Counted from the stretch's first letter, positions 42,730 through 57,708 are shown. The stretch is DNA of 64,000 nt from Octopus vulgaris (GCA_951406725.2 OX597832.1:25048001-25112000), one strand, 5' to 3'. Notes: generated by a model from the sequence alone, not told the origin. Made by a program: numbers and translations.

Positions 42730-43015
42730 CACTCCATCGCTTCCGACGACGAGGATCCATTTGATTCGATCAACGGAACACCCTGCTCGTGAACTTAATG
42801 TACAAGTGGCTGAAGATTCCAAAGGCACGTGTACCCTTAACGTAGTTCTCAGGGAGGTTCAGCGTAACACATTACGACAAGGCTGGTCCTTTGAAATACA
42901 GGGACTACTCATGTTTGTTAGCTGTAGCTACGAGAAATATATTGTTTCGCCCACTTTACACGGTTAACGAGCTGCCAGGAACTTACGTCCCAGAGCCACT
43001 AACCGATAAAGCCAT
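42730..43015 (-). mobile_element. SINE family C, diverged
   Basis: GACGACGAGG...GATCAACGGAACA...GTGTACCCTTAACGTAGTTCTCAGG. Confidence 0.8.
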
Positions 43016-43219
43016 GCGTAATATATAGACATGTTGACGTATATATATAAACATATACGTACGCATACACAATTTATATATGTTTAATCATATTTTGCGG
43101 GGATTGTCACGATTCTTTTAAGGACACTATACGAACAATCCCCTTGGTTGTTCGTACATTATTCAATATGGCAGGCAATTAATTAATAACTGTTGCTTTT
43201 TTATTTCTCTCTCTCTCTC

Positions 43220-43253
<34 letters not shown>

Positions 43254-44049
43254 ACAACGGAGATTAATTTAGATGCTTTCTCACATCATTCTAGCCATAC
43301 TGCTCCGACACTTTATTATATTCTATTACAGTACATTGCGTCCTAAATACTTCAAGTAAAAACTCCTGTTCGCTATTAGCATTGAACAATGAAGCTCGTA
43401 ATCATAATTGTTGATATTGACACGTATAGTAATGACGATAATGACGAGAATGGTAATGATAATGGTGTTGCTGGTGTGGGCGACGATGATTTTCATTATC
43501 TCGAGGGATGGCGAAGGTGACCACCACAACGGCGATGATAAGGATAAGTTTGTAGCATTAATGATAATAAAGATGATTATGACAATAATGGGTACCGTCA
43601 TCACCTCTTTCTTCCTCTCCTCATTATCACTGTCCTCATCACAATTGCTGTTCTTATCACCTCTCTTTTCCTCTTCCTTTAAATCTCCTCCTCCTCCTCC
43701 TCATCCTTCTCCTCTTAGTTCTTGTTCTTTTCATCAGTTTCATTACCATCAATATTATAATTTTCATCACCGTCGTCGTCCTACTTTTGTGATCATTTAT
43801 ATAAATCACGATCGCAACACAGTTCTTCTTCGTCATCGACATCATTGTCGTAGCTGTCGTCGTTATCATCGTCATCATCATCATCGTCATCATCATCAGT
43901 ATCATCATCATCATCATCATCATCGTCATCATCATCATCATCAGCATCATCATCATGATCCTCGTCGGGTGTCACTATCATCATCATCGTCTTCGTCGTC
44001 GCGTGCCATCGTCATTGTCATAATCATCGTCGTGGTCATCCTCGTTGCC

Positions 44050-44082
<33 letters not shown>

Positions 44083-44153
44083 CATCATCATCACCTCTCC
44101 TCCTCCTCCTCATCATCATCATCATTATCGACGCCGTCAGCCAATCTCTATAC

Positions 44154-44203
<50 letters not shown>

Positions 44204-44637
44204 ACATAATAAATGCGAAAACTAATTTCTGTGTGTCAGTATGTCACACTTAGACCTGCCTTTCACTTTATACTTAAATTGTGGATTGATTTACTCCTCC
44301 AAGCCTGTGCCACCTGGTTCGAGCTTGTCAGCAGATCGATGACACATGCAGGCAAAAGAATAGAAGGCTAAACTCCTTCGTGGTGTCGTGAAGATCATTG
44401 TGGAATCACAACGTAAAACCGTGCAGAAAATACTGCAAAATATTTCTTTCGGCGCTCTCAATTCGCCGCCCACATAAGATTTAAAACAAAAGCAAAAACG
44501 AAAACATCAATGAAAACTTTAATTAAAAAAGTCAGCAGTAAAAATCTTACGGTTTCATTATATATAAATACATGTATATATATTATCACTGAAAAGGTAC
44601 TCAATACATTTGATAAAATACGAATATGTAATTATAT

Positions 44638-45073
44638 TTTCTTTTCTACTCTAAGTACAAGACCCAGAATTTGGGGGAAAGGGACCAGTCGATTAGGTCG
44701 ATCCCTGTACACAACTGGTACTTACTTTGTCGACCCCTAAAGGAGGAAAAGCAAAATCGACCTCGGCGGAATTTGAACTCAGAACGTAAAGACAGACGAA
44801 ATGCCGCTAAGTATTTCGCCCGCGATGCTAACGTTTCTGCCAGCTAACCACTTACTCTTTCTCTTTTACTCTTTTACTTGTTTCAGTCATATGACTGCGG
44901 CCATGCTGCAGAACTCTCTTTAGTCGAGCAAATCGACCCCAGGATTTATTCTTTGTAAGCCTAGTACTTATTCTATCGGTCTCTTTTGCCGAACAGCTAA
45001 GTTACGGGGACGTAAACACACCAGCATCGGTTGTCAAGCGATGTTAGGGAGGGGGACAAACACAGACGCACAA

Positions 45074-45104
<31 letters not shown>

Positions 45105-45265
45105 CATATTACTTCGGGCTTCTTTCAGTTTCCGTCAACTAAATCCACTCACAGGGTTTTGGCCGGCCCTAGGCTATAGTAGAAGACACTTGCCCAAAGT
45201 GCCACACAGTGGGACTGAACCTGGAACCATGTGGTTGGTACGCAAGCTACTTACCACACAGCCAT
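44638..45265 (-). mobile_element. Adjacent SINE B (44638-44850) and full SINE A (44852-45265)
   Basis: Family-diagnostic motifs as in the other copies. Confidence 0.9.
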
Positions 45266-45445
45266 ATATAATTGTATATAAAGAATATTAATGACTGTGA
45301 CTTCGAAGCTTTGGCCACCTGCGCTATCACTGGACTGTGTGTGCATATGTATATATGTGTGAGTATGTGTGTGAGCGCGTGTGTATAAGTAATGTGCAGG
45401 CATACGTATGTACAAACGCATACACACACACACATACACACACGT

Positions 45446-45494
<49 letters not shown>

Positions 45495-45951
45495 CACAGA
45501 TATTTGCTTCTTTTCTAAATAGATATTCGTCCCCATATTTATTCATATTTATGAGGAAGGATCTCATTAACAGTTTTCTGAGTAATTTGTATCGATATGA
45601 AGATATTTCGTGCATACCAAGTAAATATCTTTTTTTTTATTGTGTTTCGGATTCTGTTATTCAAAAATAATATAAAGCATTCATGTAGAATGGCTTCAGT
45701 GTCTGTCCTTAAATTATTGCATAAGCAACTCTTAACCCGCTGCTTCAACAATTATTAGAGAAATTCGCGATTAACCCTCTCAGGTTTGCCTGCGACAGTT
45801 TATCTGAACGTCCATTTAAATACCTATATATATATATATATATCTATATATATATATATATATAAATGTAACTCAAAGAAAGTTTACTAATCTATATTCA
45901 TGTTTTTTAATAATAACTTGTATATATATATACTTGTATATATATATACAC

Positions 45952-46001
<50 letters not shown>

Positions 46002-46020
46002 TTATATATATATATACTTG

Positions 46021-46143
<123 letters not shown>

Positions 46144-46169
46144 ACATATGTATATATATATATATACTT

Positions 46170-46241
<72 letters not shown>

Positions 46242-46766
46242 CACATATTTATTTCTTCAGCCAATGCATGCATTTACACATATGTTTTTACACGCATATA
46301 CTCATACACACATACATGCATATTTTCTCTATACATACATATATACATTTATGTATGTCTTGCCTTCCTATGAGGTCCAACAAAAGCTGGTGCATAGAGT
46401 CACACACACACAGATACCCTTCCCTCCACACACAGAAACACAAACACATACACACACACACACACACATACACACACACACACACATATATATATGTATA
46501 TGTATATATTGTTATTTATTTCAATGAAATTTCTCTACGTAAAACAGATGTTTTCGAACAGATATAATCGTAAAATGAGAACGATCATTCTATGAACTGA
46601 GTCATATTCATTGGATTGTAATTTCCAAACACGGCTTAAATTATTATATCTGAAATTTATGTAATATAGAAATACATATCTAATTGGAAGGAGTTCCTGT
46701 ATGAAATCAAGGCCAATGTATAGACGTCTTAATGTTCTTAAAATGTGGGCAGAGAAATCGACTTGG

Positions 46767-46813
46767 AATCTATACACCTGTTTCGGAGATTGTTGTCTCT
46801 TACTCAGAAAATT
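46767..46813 (-). ncRNA. Degenerate minimal hammerhead motif
   Basis: Minus strand reads AATTTT CTGAGTA AGAGA CAACAA TCTCC GAAAC AGGT GTA TAGATT. G8 is substituted. Confidence 0.55.
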
Positions 46814-46901
46814 AAAATCTCCATTGTATTTCTCAGTTATTAGCAATTCGGATGTTTGAGTCATTTGGTCATTTGGATGCTGACATATTATATACGTGGT
46901 G

Positions 46902-47476
46902 AAGGCGGCGAACTGGCAGAATAGTTAGCACGCCGGGCGAAATGCGTAGCCGTATTTCGTCTGCCGTTACGTTCTGGGTTCAAATTCCGCCGAGGTCGAC
47001 TTTGCCTTTTAATCCTTTCGGGATCGATAAATTAAGTACCAGTTACGCACTGGGGTCGATGTAATCGACTTAATCCGTTTGTCTGTCCTTGTTTGTCCCC
47101 TCTGTGTTTAGCCCCTTGTGGGCAATAAAGAAATATGAAACTTTAGCACGCTGGGCGAAATGCGTAGCCGTATTTCGTCTGCCGTTACGTTCTGGGTTCA
47201 AATTTCGCCGAGGTCGACTTTGCCTTTCATCCTTTCGAGGTCGATAAATTAAGTACCAGTTTCGCACTGGGGTCGATGTAATCGACTTAATCCGTTTGTC
47301 TGTCCTTGTTTGTCCCCTCTGTGTTTAGCCCCTTGTGGGCAATAAAGAAATATGAAACTTTAGCACGCTGGGCGAAATGCGTAGCCGTATTTCGTCTGCC
47401 GTTACGTTCTGGGTTCAAATTTCGCCGAGGTCGACTTTGCCTTTCATCCTTTCGAGGTCGATAAATTAAGTACCAG
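46902..47476 (+). mobile_element. SINE family B tandem trimer (about 217-bp period, third unit truncated)
   Basis: AAATGCGTAGCCGTATTTCGTCTGCC at about 46940, 47158 and 47375. Units 2 and 3 look identical. Confidence 0.9.
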
Positions 47477-47695
47477 ATAGAACATCACTTGACCGGTAAT
47501 CAAAGGGATGTGAGTTCTAGACACATGGCTGACTGCTGACATATTTTCCCGCTTTATATAAATATTTTATCCTGTCTCTGCATTTCTGCGTTTGAGAATA
47601 AATTATTTCCTTATCTGTATCTTACAATACATCTCACGCTTCTAAAAACAAACACTAGTTAGTTTACATTTATTGTAATTTATATATATTATATA

Positions 47696-48071
47696 CTAGC
47701 AGTATCGCTCGGCGTTGCTAGGGTTTGTTTCGACCCTTTAGAATTGGAATACTTGAAAAGTAAAACTTTTGCATTATGTAGCTTGTTATTTTCTTTAAGT
47801 GAACATTTTTCTGGTTGAAATACACCGAAAAATGGCGACACAGCAGTCAAAAAATCGTAAATATATAGGGATTTTCATAGAAAAAAAGCACCTTTTTGAT
47901 GTAAATAATGGTCTGGTTTGAATTTTTTGTTCTACGGAAGGAAGAGCAAGCCTTCTTCTATCATACTCTCAATTTTGGTCAGCTTACACTGCAGGGTCTC
48001 GGAGGAGATAGTGTTAGTTGAAGGCTACCAAACCTGCCATACACAGACAACTTCAGCTTTATATAGAGAGA
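47696..48071 (-). mobile_element. Non-autonomous Helitron
   Basis: Minus strand reads A|TCTCTCTATATAAAGCTGAAGTTGTCTGTG ... CCCTAGCAACGCCGAGCGATACTGCTAG|T. It has a TC start, subterminal hairpin, CTAG end and AT target. Confidence 0.8.
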
Positions 48072-48659
48072 TATATTGACTTCTTCTTGTAGCATAATAT
48101 CTGAAACGTGTATAACGTAGAAATAACTGTAGTTATTTATTTGCAAGTTTCTTAGCTCCTTAGTTGTGAAATCTTCATTCTTGTTTACATAGCCTAATGT
48201 TCTCTAAAGTAAACAGAAAAGAAACTTCGAATGTACTTATACGCCTGTTTCAGACATTATTGCCTTCTTTTCAGAGAAAATGCATCCTTTATTCCCTAGT
48301 CATTCATAATTCCAGTTTATCAGAGAATAGCATAAATAAATAACTATAGATATTCCTACGTAATACATGTCTCATATCTCACTGATTATATTTCAATATA
48401 TCCTTGCATCGATGTTTCACGATGGGTAGAAATTCATATGTGATCTTTTATGGTCTGTAGCCCGAAACGCAATAACATGGATATATCCACGACCGATTGC
48501 CAGTCATATTAAATTCGCTATCATAATTCATCTTTATATCTAATCCCTACATAACTAAGGGAAATTGTCTGCTGGAATTTGTAATATTCGCTGAGCAAAT
48601 TTACCTGCAGTTTAACAACGACACGCGTTCACAAAATGATATGCACACATACTTATATT

Positions 48660-48982
48660 TTATTTATTTATGCGCCATTTTCAAGCCTAGCCAGACTCAT
48701 GGGCCCGGTTTCCCGGTTTCTGTGGCATATGCCCCCCCCCCCCCTCCCAGCTGGACGGGACGCCAGGCCATCGCAGCGTTACTCAAGAAATAGGAAGAAA
48801 GAGTGAGAGAACGTTGGGGCGAAAGAGTACAACAGAGGTCACGACTACCCCCTGCCGGAGTCTCGTGGAGCTTTTAGGTGTTTTCGCTCAAAAAACACAC
48901 ACAACGCCCGGTCTGAGAATCGAATCCGCGATCCTCCGACCGCGAGTCCGCTGCCCGAACCACTGGGCCATTGCGCCTCCAC
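48660..48982 (-). mobile_element. SINE with family C head but a different 3' body
   Basis: Head matches 16781/59617. The body contains CTGCGATGGCCTGGCGTCCCGTCCAG and GAAACCGGGAAACCGGGCCC on the minus strand. Confidence 0.85.
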
Positions 48983-49025
48983 ACAATTTAATATGATATG
49001 CATTTATATATATATATATATATGC

Positions 49026-49071
<46 letters not shown>

Positions 49072-49079
49072 CATACATA

Positions 49080-49118
<39 letters not shown>

Positions 49119-49169
49119 TAGATGGCGGTATATGTACATGAGCTGATATATATATACATATATATATAC

Positions 49170-49221
<52 letters not shown>

Positions 49222-49757
49222 ATATGTATACGACATGCTTCTTTAGGTTTCGTCTACCAAACCCACTTACAAGGCATTAGTCGGCGCAGGGCTATAGTAG
49301 AAAACACTTGCCTAAGGTGCCACGTGTTGAGATCGAACACAGAACCATGTGATTTGGAAATAAATATTTTTCAACACACAGACACAGATATATACTAGTA
49401 TGCATGTCTGCGAATGTGTGCGTGTGTCTATCTGTATAATATATATATATATATACATGGATGCGATATTACCATATTCTGTCGTACAATAATTACACCC
49501 TGTCTTGACTTAGCAGTAATCACTTAACCGGCGTCATTTTTAATTATATAACCAGTGTGACGGTTTAACATTAAAAGCGTCAGTTTCTCACTTTATCAGC
49601 AAATTAACGTTAATTACTGGAATTAAAATTAATGAAGCTTTCAATTACTACATCTGTATGTTTATTAAATAATAGGAAGAATATTTGATGTCATTTGACA
49701 AACATCGTGATCATAAGAATACATATACATACGTGTGTGTGTATATATATGTGTGTG

Positions 49758-49795
<38 letters not shown>

Positions 49796-49884
49796 TGTAT
49801 ATATGTATATGTATATATGTATATATATATGTATATATATATATATGTATATGTATATATATTCATACATATATATATATATAA

Positions 49885-49942
<58 letters not shown>

Positions 49943-50182
49943 TATATGTTCTTGTATATTTTGCATGTGTTGCTCTATTCCTCGCATGATAATCTGTTAC
50001 TTTCCAAAACTCTCATTTAATAAACTTACGTTTGTGACAAATTAAATACTCAATTAGTATTAATTTATACAATTAATGAATGCGAATTGATGTGACAGCG
50101 CAAAAACAAAAAAATGGATGCTACAAATATTAAGACAACAAATGTTATGCGTATGTGTGAGAGAACGACTTTGGGTGTACGA

Positions 50183-50224
<42 letters not shown>

Positions 50225-50592
50225 TTAATTATCTGTTTTTAAAACGCTCTTGCTCATTAGTTGATAAGCATTCGCTGACGAATTACGTTTCGATGAGCTA
50301 CAAAAGACACCATTATGCTAAAGAGACGGTGTTTCGATATAATTGCTCTTTTGCAGTGGGATTCGCTGACATAGTTGCTAGTCTCTTCTGATGTTTGCCA
50401 ATTTGGATTTATTTTCCTAAATGCATCTGAAGCCGCCCGAGAGTCACTATAAACATGGGCGTATTATTTTTGGTACGCTACTGTATAAAAGGGATTGCGA
50501 GTTTTTGTCTCGAGGAAAATATTTCTTCTGTGGCCGTTGTATGTAAGGAAATACCAGCTACAGTTTGCTGATAACCTCTCTCTCATGAAGTC

Positions 50593-51005
50593 GGTGAGCT
50601 GGCAGAAACGTTAGCACACCGGATGAAATAGCGGTATTTCGTCTGCCGTTACGTTCTGAGTTCAAATTCCGCCGAGGTCGACTTTGCCTTTCATCCTTTC
50701 GGAGTCGATGAATTAGGTACCAGTTACGCACTGGGGTCGATGTAATTGACTTAATTCCTTTGTCTGTCCTTGTTTGTCCCCTCTATGTTTAGCCTCTTGT
50801 GGGCAATAAAGAAATAGGAAACGTTAGCACGCCGGACGAAATGCTTAGTTGTGTTTCGTCTGTCGTTACGTTCTGACACTGAGGTCGACTTTGCCTTTCA
50901 TCCTTTCGAGTTCGATAATTTATGTACCAACCGCGTACTGGGGTCGATCAAAACAACTGTCCCCACCTCCCCAAAAATTTTGAGCTTGTGCCTAAAGTAA
51001 AATAA
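50593..51005 (+). mobile_element. SINE family B dimer
   Basis: Second monomer starts after AATAAAGAAATAGG|AAACGTTAGCAC. Confidence 0.9.
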
Positions 51006-51706
51006 AAAAATCTTTTCTCTCGTATGTATGGACGATATTGTAAATGAAATATCAGATCATGCCTTTGCTGAATCCATCCATGACCGGCATTCTTTTCACA
51101 CATCCGTAATACCAGGGGTGTGACCTTTCACTTCGGAGAAGTAGCGGTTTGTCCTGGAGAGGCACCCTGATATCTGAGGTGTGCACTCTGTGGAATAATG
51201 CTGTCCGAAAGATCCTTCGGACGGACACGAATTTGACCACCTGTATTCGCGGTCAGACTCTTTCGGTCATTATACAATATTCAAGACTGAATATGAAGAG
51301 AGGCATTAAAACCGAAATGAAGACGGATGTATATGTGAATGAATAAGAGAATGTGAGTGCGTACGAGGATGTGTGTGTATGTCTGTGTGTTTGTGTGTGT
51401 GTGAGTGAGTGTGTCTATATGTGTGATTGCATTGAGGGTTTCAATAATGCAGGGTGATGCCGACAGATGTCGTTACGATGGCGATGTAGTCTAAAAGGGT
51501 GTCACTTCACACATCATAGGATACCAATATTAAGGTACATATTAGGGGCTCCACTTACTCTGCTGTGTTACCCACATTAAACTGTGGTACATATGCCTGC
51601 AGCAGATGGAATCGACTCTAGTATGGGACTGATTGTTATTTATTACATCGATCACCAAAAAACGAAGGCATAATTAAACTCGTTGACATTCGAAGTCAGA
51701 AAGTAA

Positions 51707-51783
<77 letters not shown>

Positions 51784-52220
51784 TAATAATAATAATAATA
51801 ATGATAATAATAATAATAACAATAACAACAATAATAATAATCATAATAATAATAATAACATTGCATCGTATTTGACTCGGCGTTTTTACGATTCTACATT
51901 TGCACCGCCCTTACCATGTCATTAGCGTCCATGAGGAAAACATAACAAAGATATTTTATAGAGTCATGGCCGATTATATTTCTGTCTATAATGTCGGCCA
52001 TTTTAATATCGTTGAAATATTAGGATCTTCTCGTATTTTGTTTTTATTTTTGTTTCTATTTAATCTTATATATACAGAAAAATGGCAGCAACGTTATTTC
52101 TACTCAAATATTACATTTGATTATAATTACGCGTCTATATGCAAATATACACAAGCCTAAACACACGAGCTTGTATATGTGTGTGTGCCTATGTTTAGAC
52201 CAATGCGTCTATTTGTGTGT

Positions 52221-52266
<46 letters not shown>

Positions 52267-52590
52267 CAGTGTGTGTTTGTGTATGTATTCCCTATGTATT
52301 TGTATGCGTTCTCGTAACATTTTACTGGCCCCAGCCAGTTATCAGACATAATGCTGATGGAAGACCATCCCTGGAGTCGTTCATGCCATTTTGTATGTAT
52401 GTATGCATGTATGTATGTATGTATGTATGTATGTATGTATGTATGTATGTATGTATGTATGCATGTATGTATGTATGTATTTGTGCGCCTATTGTGTTTA
52501 TGTATACATGTAATTGAGTAAATATGAACACATATATGTATCATTTAATATTTACGATAGTGTCTACCTAACTCCCTCTCTCTTCTCACA

Positions 52591-52628
<38 letters not shown>

Positions 52629-53127
52629 CTATATATATATATATATACACATATACATATATCTACACCCATTCTCAGACTCTTACACTCACACACACAT
52701 ACACGTTAATCTCTCTCCCCCTCTCTCTCTTTCTATTACACAAACACACACTCACGCACACACACACACTCTTATACAGACACACGTACACACATCGTAA
52801 TACTATAGCATTTAATTTTCTTCCGACATTGCAGTGTTTGCCCCGATAGCTATCAAATTACTCTGGTTATCTAATTGCCTGGACACAGATAGAGCTAACG
52901 CCAAATGGTTAACATATTAGAATCCATGATCCTTCCCAACATTTCCAATTCCTATTTCGAGTTGTTTGTCTGCGAGCAGCTTAACTTTGCGCATCCAACT
53001 CTCATACCCGGTTTGGAAACTACAAGAGAAATGAGACGGTCATTTTGTATTTATATATTATTTTTGTTACTTTTGTTGTTATTGCTAATATTATTGTTAT
53101 TTCTGTTCTTGTGGAATCTACAAGAAT

Positions 53128-53537
53128 TTGTCTTATGAAGAAAGGCTGAAGACGCCCGACCTTTATTCTCTAGAAAAACGACGACGCCGTGGTGATCTCA
53201 TTCTTGATCACAACATCATAAGCGGAAAGTGTAACCTCTCGAAAGAGCTGTTCTTCACACCTGCTCCAGAGCGTCGGCTGCGGGGTCACTCCGAAAAGCT
53301 CTATCTGCGACGATTTCATCTCAATGGAAGGAGAGGGGCTTTCTCCGTCCGGGTTGCGGATCCGAGGAATAAGCTGCCGGACGAGACGGTGAAGATGCCG
53401 ACGACCGCTCGGTTCAAAGTCTCCCTTGACCACAAGTGGCCTGAACTCTTTACATGAACACCACCCTGTACATAACTCCATGTCCCCCTTACATGGCCTT
53501 GCTTTCTGCTTTTTGAGCCAAAAATTAACTAACTAAC
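53128..53537 (+). mobile_element. 5'-truncated CR1-clade LINE (ORF2 C-terminus, 3' UTR, (TAAC)n tail)
   Basis: SYEERLK..LYSLEKRRRRGDLI...RLRGHSEKL...R.GAFSVRV...NKLP...FK..LD motifs typical of CR1 ORF2 ends; tail TAACTAACTAAC. Confidence 0.9.
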
Positions 53538-53806
53538 AGTGGTTCGCATCCGTAGTCGACATGACTCTTCAGTGCCACATTCGGCTCTGTTCTTAAAATT
53601 CATGTGGAATAAATTGGTTATACGGTTGAAATACACGAAATATTTTTAATAGATTTTTTTAATGCAATTTCAAATTATATCTAATTTTCTATCTAATTAC
53701 ATAAATACAATGGGATATGTTAGATATCAAATGGCTCAGAGGGTCAATCCGAGTAAAACAGAAATCAAAGCCGGTCCATTGATAAAAAAATAGTTGAGAA
53801 CTACGG
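53537..53806. mobile_element. Old hAT-like MITE
   Basis: Degenerate TIRs CAGTGGTTCGCA / TGAGAACTACGG resemble hAT-Charlie CAGTGGTTCTCA ends. No clear TSD. Confidence 0.45.
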
Positions 53807-54038
53807 TTGTAGATGATTAGCTCTGGTAGATCTCACCCCCAGATTCTTCTCATCATTCATGCGTTTCCATCAGAAAATATACAATATATATTTTTTCATC
53901 TGTCTTAACCGCTTTTGTTTTGGTGTTTGCTGAATTTCTCTAGAGAACATTCTTTTTCTTTGTAGTTAGATCGTAGATGAACTTCTTCTAGCATACTGGA
54001 TGTCCACTTAGTGGCCATCCTTTATTATACGCACATAT

Positions 54039-54095
<57 letters not shown>

Positions 54096-54104
54096 CATGC
54101 ATAC

Positions 54105-54135
<31 letters not shown>

Positions 54136-54222
54136 CATGCATACATATACACATATACAGGTATGCATATATAAATACACGCACACATGTACATGTATAT
54201 ATATATTTATATATATATGTGG

Positions 54223-54254
<32 letters not shown>

Positions 54255-54459
54255 CAATTATTCCATGCATTTCTTCGTTGCATACAAACGTGGCTGAGAT
54301 CGCCGATGACCCCATTAGCAATTAACAGTTTCTGAATAATTAATTAGCCATTAGCATTTCAAGAAAAGACATGTCAAAAAACGATCTTTGCCGGTCAGAT
54401 CATTGCCGTTATGCATGTCAATGGCGATATGTTACGTCATCAACAACGACAATGATCCT

Positions 54460-54655
54460 CAACATCATAACCATCATCACTGTCATCAACATCATAACCA
54501 TCATCACTGTCATCATCCTCATAACCATCATCACTGTCATCATCATCATAACCATCATCACTGTCATCATCCACATAACCATCATCACTGTCATCATCAT
54601 CATAACCATCATCACTGTCATCATCATCATAGCCATCATCACTGTCATCATCATC
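54460..54655. repeat. 27-bp minisatellite (ATCATAACCATCATCACTGTCATCATC), about 7 copies, derived from (CAT)n
   Basis: 9-aa periodicity IITIITVII in ORF 54371..54853. Confidence 0.9.
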
Positions 54656-54899
54656 ATCATCGTCATCATCGTCGTCGTCGTCATCACCACCACCACCACC
54701 ACCACCACCACTATCAATGCAATTATCTCCACCCCACCCAGACTTGCACGACCATGGTCACCAAACGGTGACTACCACTACCACCATCGCTACTATCTTC
54801 CTGCACATCATCATCATCATCATCATCATCATCGTTTATGTCGAAAGTCATAAAGCAATATTACGTCATTAACCTCACCATGTTCACCGTCTTCGAATA

Positions 54900-55597
54900 G
54901 TCATCGTAATCGTCATTATAATCATCACCGTAATTATCATCATCATCAACATCATCATCATCATCATCATCATCATCGTCATCATCACCGTAATTATCAT
55001 CATCATCAACATCATTATCATCATCATCATCATCATCGTCATCATCACCGTAATTATCATCATTGCAATTATTTTCTCGTAACAAAAGTGACATATTAGT
55101 TTATCCCCATATTCGCCGCCGCCGCCGCCGACGGCACCACCACCGCCACCACCATCATCGTCATCATCGTCATCATCGTCATCGTTGACGTCGTTGTCGT
55201 TGTCGTCGTCGTCGTCGGTAGCGGCGTTATCATCATCTGTAACAAAAGGGACATATTAGAATCTCGCTTTCGTCAACCGCCATCGAATTTAGCATTGTCA
55301 CCCCTCCCCCTCCATCCACCCATCCACACACACCCTCATCGTCGTCGTCCCCGTCGTTGTTGTCATCATCGTCTTCGTCGTCGCCGCCGTGGCCGTCTGC
55401 AGCCGGATCGTACTAATCCCTTAATTATCTCCGTTAAATTCATCATCGGTTACATTTCATCTTCAGCATCAATCCCCCAACATTTCCATTACGTTCCATC
55501 AGCTCCCACCTCTTCCCCTTCCACTTCCTCTTCTTCTTCATCATCCTCATCGCCATCGCCATCATCATTCATACTCATGACTATCATCGTCATCACC

Positions 55598-55628
<31 letters not shown>

Positions 55629-56064
55629 CCACCACCGCTACCAACAGCTCCAAAGTCGCGAGAACCGCCTCCACTACCACCACCACCACCACCACCAGCA
55701 TCATCATCATCATTATCATCAATCTTCCCTTCCTCATCCTTTTCGTGATCACCTTCGTTATCTTCACCGTCATGTTCATCAACAACATCGTCGTCGTGCT
55801 TGTTGTCGTCACCATCTTCTTCATCCTCCTCCTCCTCCTCCTCCTCCTCCTCATCATCATCAGCAGCAGCAGCAGCCGCAGCTTAATCTTTATCATCATC
55901 ATCATCATCATCATCATCGATATCATCAGTCTTCATCATCAACGTCAACATTGTCGTCGTCGTCATCATCGTCATCATCATTATAATCCCTTCTACCGTC
56001 ACCATCATTCTCATAACCACCATCATCATCATCACCATCAACAGCATCATCATCATCATCATCG

Positions 56065-56106
<42 letters not shown>

Positions 56107-56210
56107 TCGCCATCATCATCATCATCATCGCATCATCATCATCATCATCATCATCGCCATCCTCCTCTTCCTCTTCCTCCTCCTCCTCCTTCTCATCATC
56201 ATCATCATAA
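54900..56210. repeat. Mixed trinucleotide (CAT/CGT/CAC/CCT/CAG) low-complexity field, including a 60-bp repeat in 3 copies at 54920-55065
   Basis: TCATCACCGTAATTATCATCAT recurs at 60-bp spacing. Confidence 0.85.
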
Positions 56211-57039
56211 CATAAAGACAAATGGATCTCCGTTTGTATCGACGATGGTAGCTCAACCATTCGGTCAAGTGATATATACACATTCAACATTCCCCCGTAT
56301 ACCAATATAAGGGAAATGCATTTTTCATTTTTCTTTATTAATTTCGTTAAGTATATCCATTAAATTTCTCCAAATATTTCTCATTAAAAGTGGTTATAAC
56401 ACAAAAGAAAGGAAGAATCATCGTTTTTAAATCAAAATTATTAATTTTTTATTTATCCCTTTTACTTATATTTTGGATGGGGTCAATAATGTGAGACTGC
56501 TGACCTCAGTTCTAGAAGTATATTATCCAATATAGCTCTTCTTGTCCTGAAATAGCAGAGCGTTATTTGTTGGAGATTTAGCTGTTATTTCTAGTAAGCC
56601 TATTTGCTCACATTTACCGTTTCCCTGTTGAGAAACGTTTGACAGTTTACTATTTGCTTTGGATCAGTTGAAGATTTTGACGTGATTTGGGTATCATTGA
56701 GTTAGATTTAGATATAATCTTCACTGGATTAATAGCGATGATGTTCGATTTAAACGGATGTACTGATGCCAAAGTATCAAGTCCTAATGACAAATCATAA
56801 ATAAATAATAGTTGCTAGGATATGACATGTCTTATGAACGAAGAAACAACAAACAAAGCGAAACAGGAAGCGGTGATTTTCTATTGATGTTCGCCATGAT
56901 ATTATGGATAATTCTAGAAGATTCGGATCTATTGATTGAAAGTACATCAAAAGTTCTTTCTTTAACTCTAAGGAAGAAGAAGAATAAAGGAAATGGTAAT
57001 ATGTCAGAATTGCTATTGATTTATATCGGTTTTATGTTT

Positions 57040-57240
57040 TGGCACAAGGCCAGTATGATTGAGGGATGGGGTGAAGTCAAATAAATACAACGAGTCCGGT
57101 ATAGAACTGGTTCTTACTTTATCGGCCTCGAAAGGATGAAAGGCAAAGTCGACCTCGGCGGAATTTGAACTCAGAACGTAAAGACAGACGAAATACTGCT
57201 AAGCATTTCGCCCGGTGTGCTAACGATTCTGCCAGCTACC
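57040..57240 (-). mobile_element. SINE family B
   Basis: GAAAGGATGAAAGGCAAAGTCGACCTCGGCGGAATTTGAACTCAGAACG. Confidence 0.9.
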
Positions 57241-57652
57241 TCCATTAAAAAACGCGCTTCGTTAAAAGAGACGGAAGTTAATTATTTTTGCATGAGAACG
57301 ACCGTTATGCTTCATTTTGAATGTGTGCACACAGATATATCTTTATATATGTAAGTGTATGTATGTTGTGTGCATATATGTATATATATATATATTTATA
57401 TATATACATATATATATACATACATATATACAGACACACATATATATATACATGTGTTTGTGTGTGTGTGCGTGCATATATAAGTATGCATATGTATGTG
57501 TCTGTGTGACTAAACTTATAATGTTGCGTCTCTGACTGAGGTATCGAGTACTATTTGTTATGTTTGAACCGTCTTTCCAATTATATAACGATGTTTATAT
57601 ATGTATGTATGTACATATATACATGCATACATACATATATATACCATGTATA

Positions 57653-57708
<56 letters not shown>

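Noticed and set aside
51052-51346. Short ORFs as a gene
   Set aside because: No recognisable domain; possibly a decayed retroelement fragment, but I cannot assign it.
55295-56215. 306-aa His/Ser/Ile-rich ORF (also 43408..44199 and 54388..54771) as a His-rich structural protein
   Set aside because: It is a mosaic of trinucleotide repeats that is open in several frames and both strands, with no signal peptide or coherent composition.
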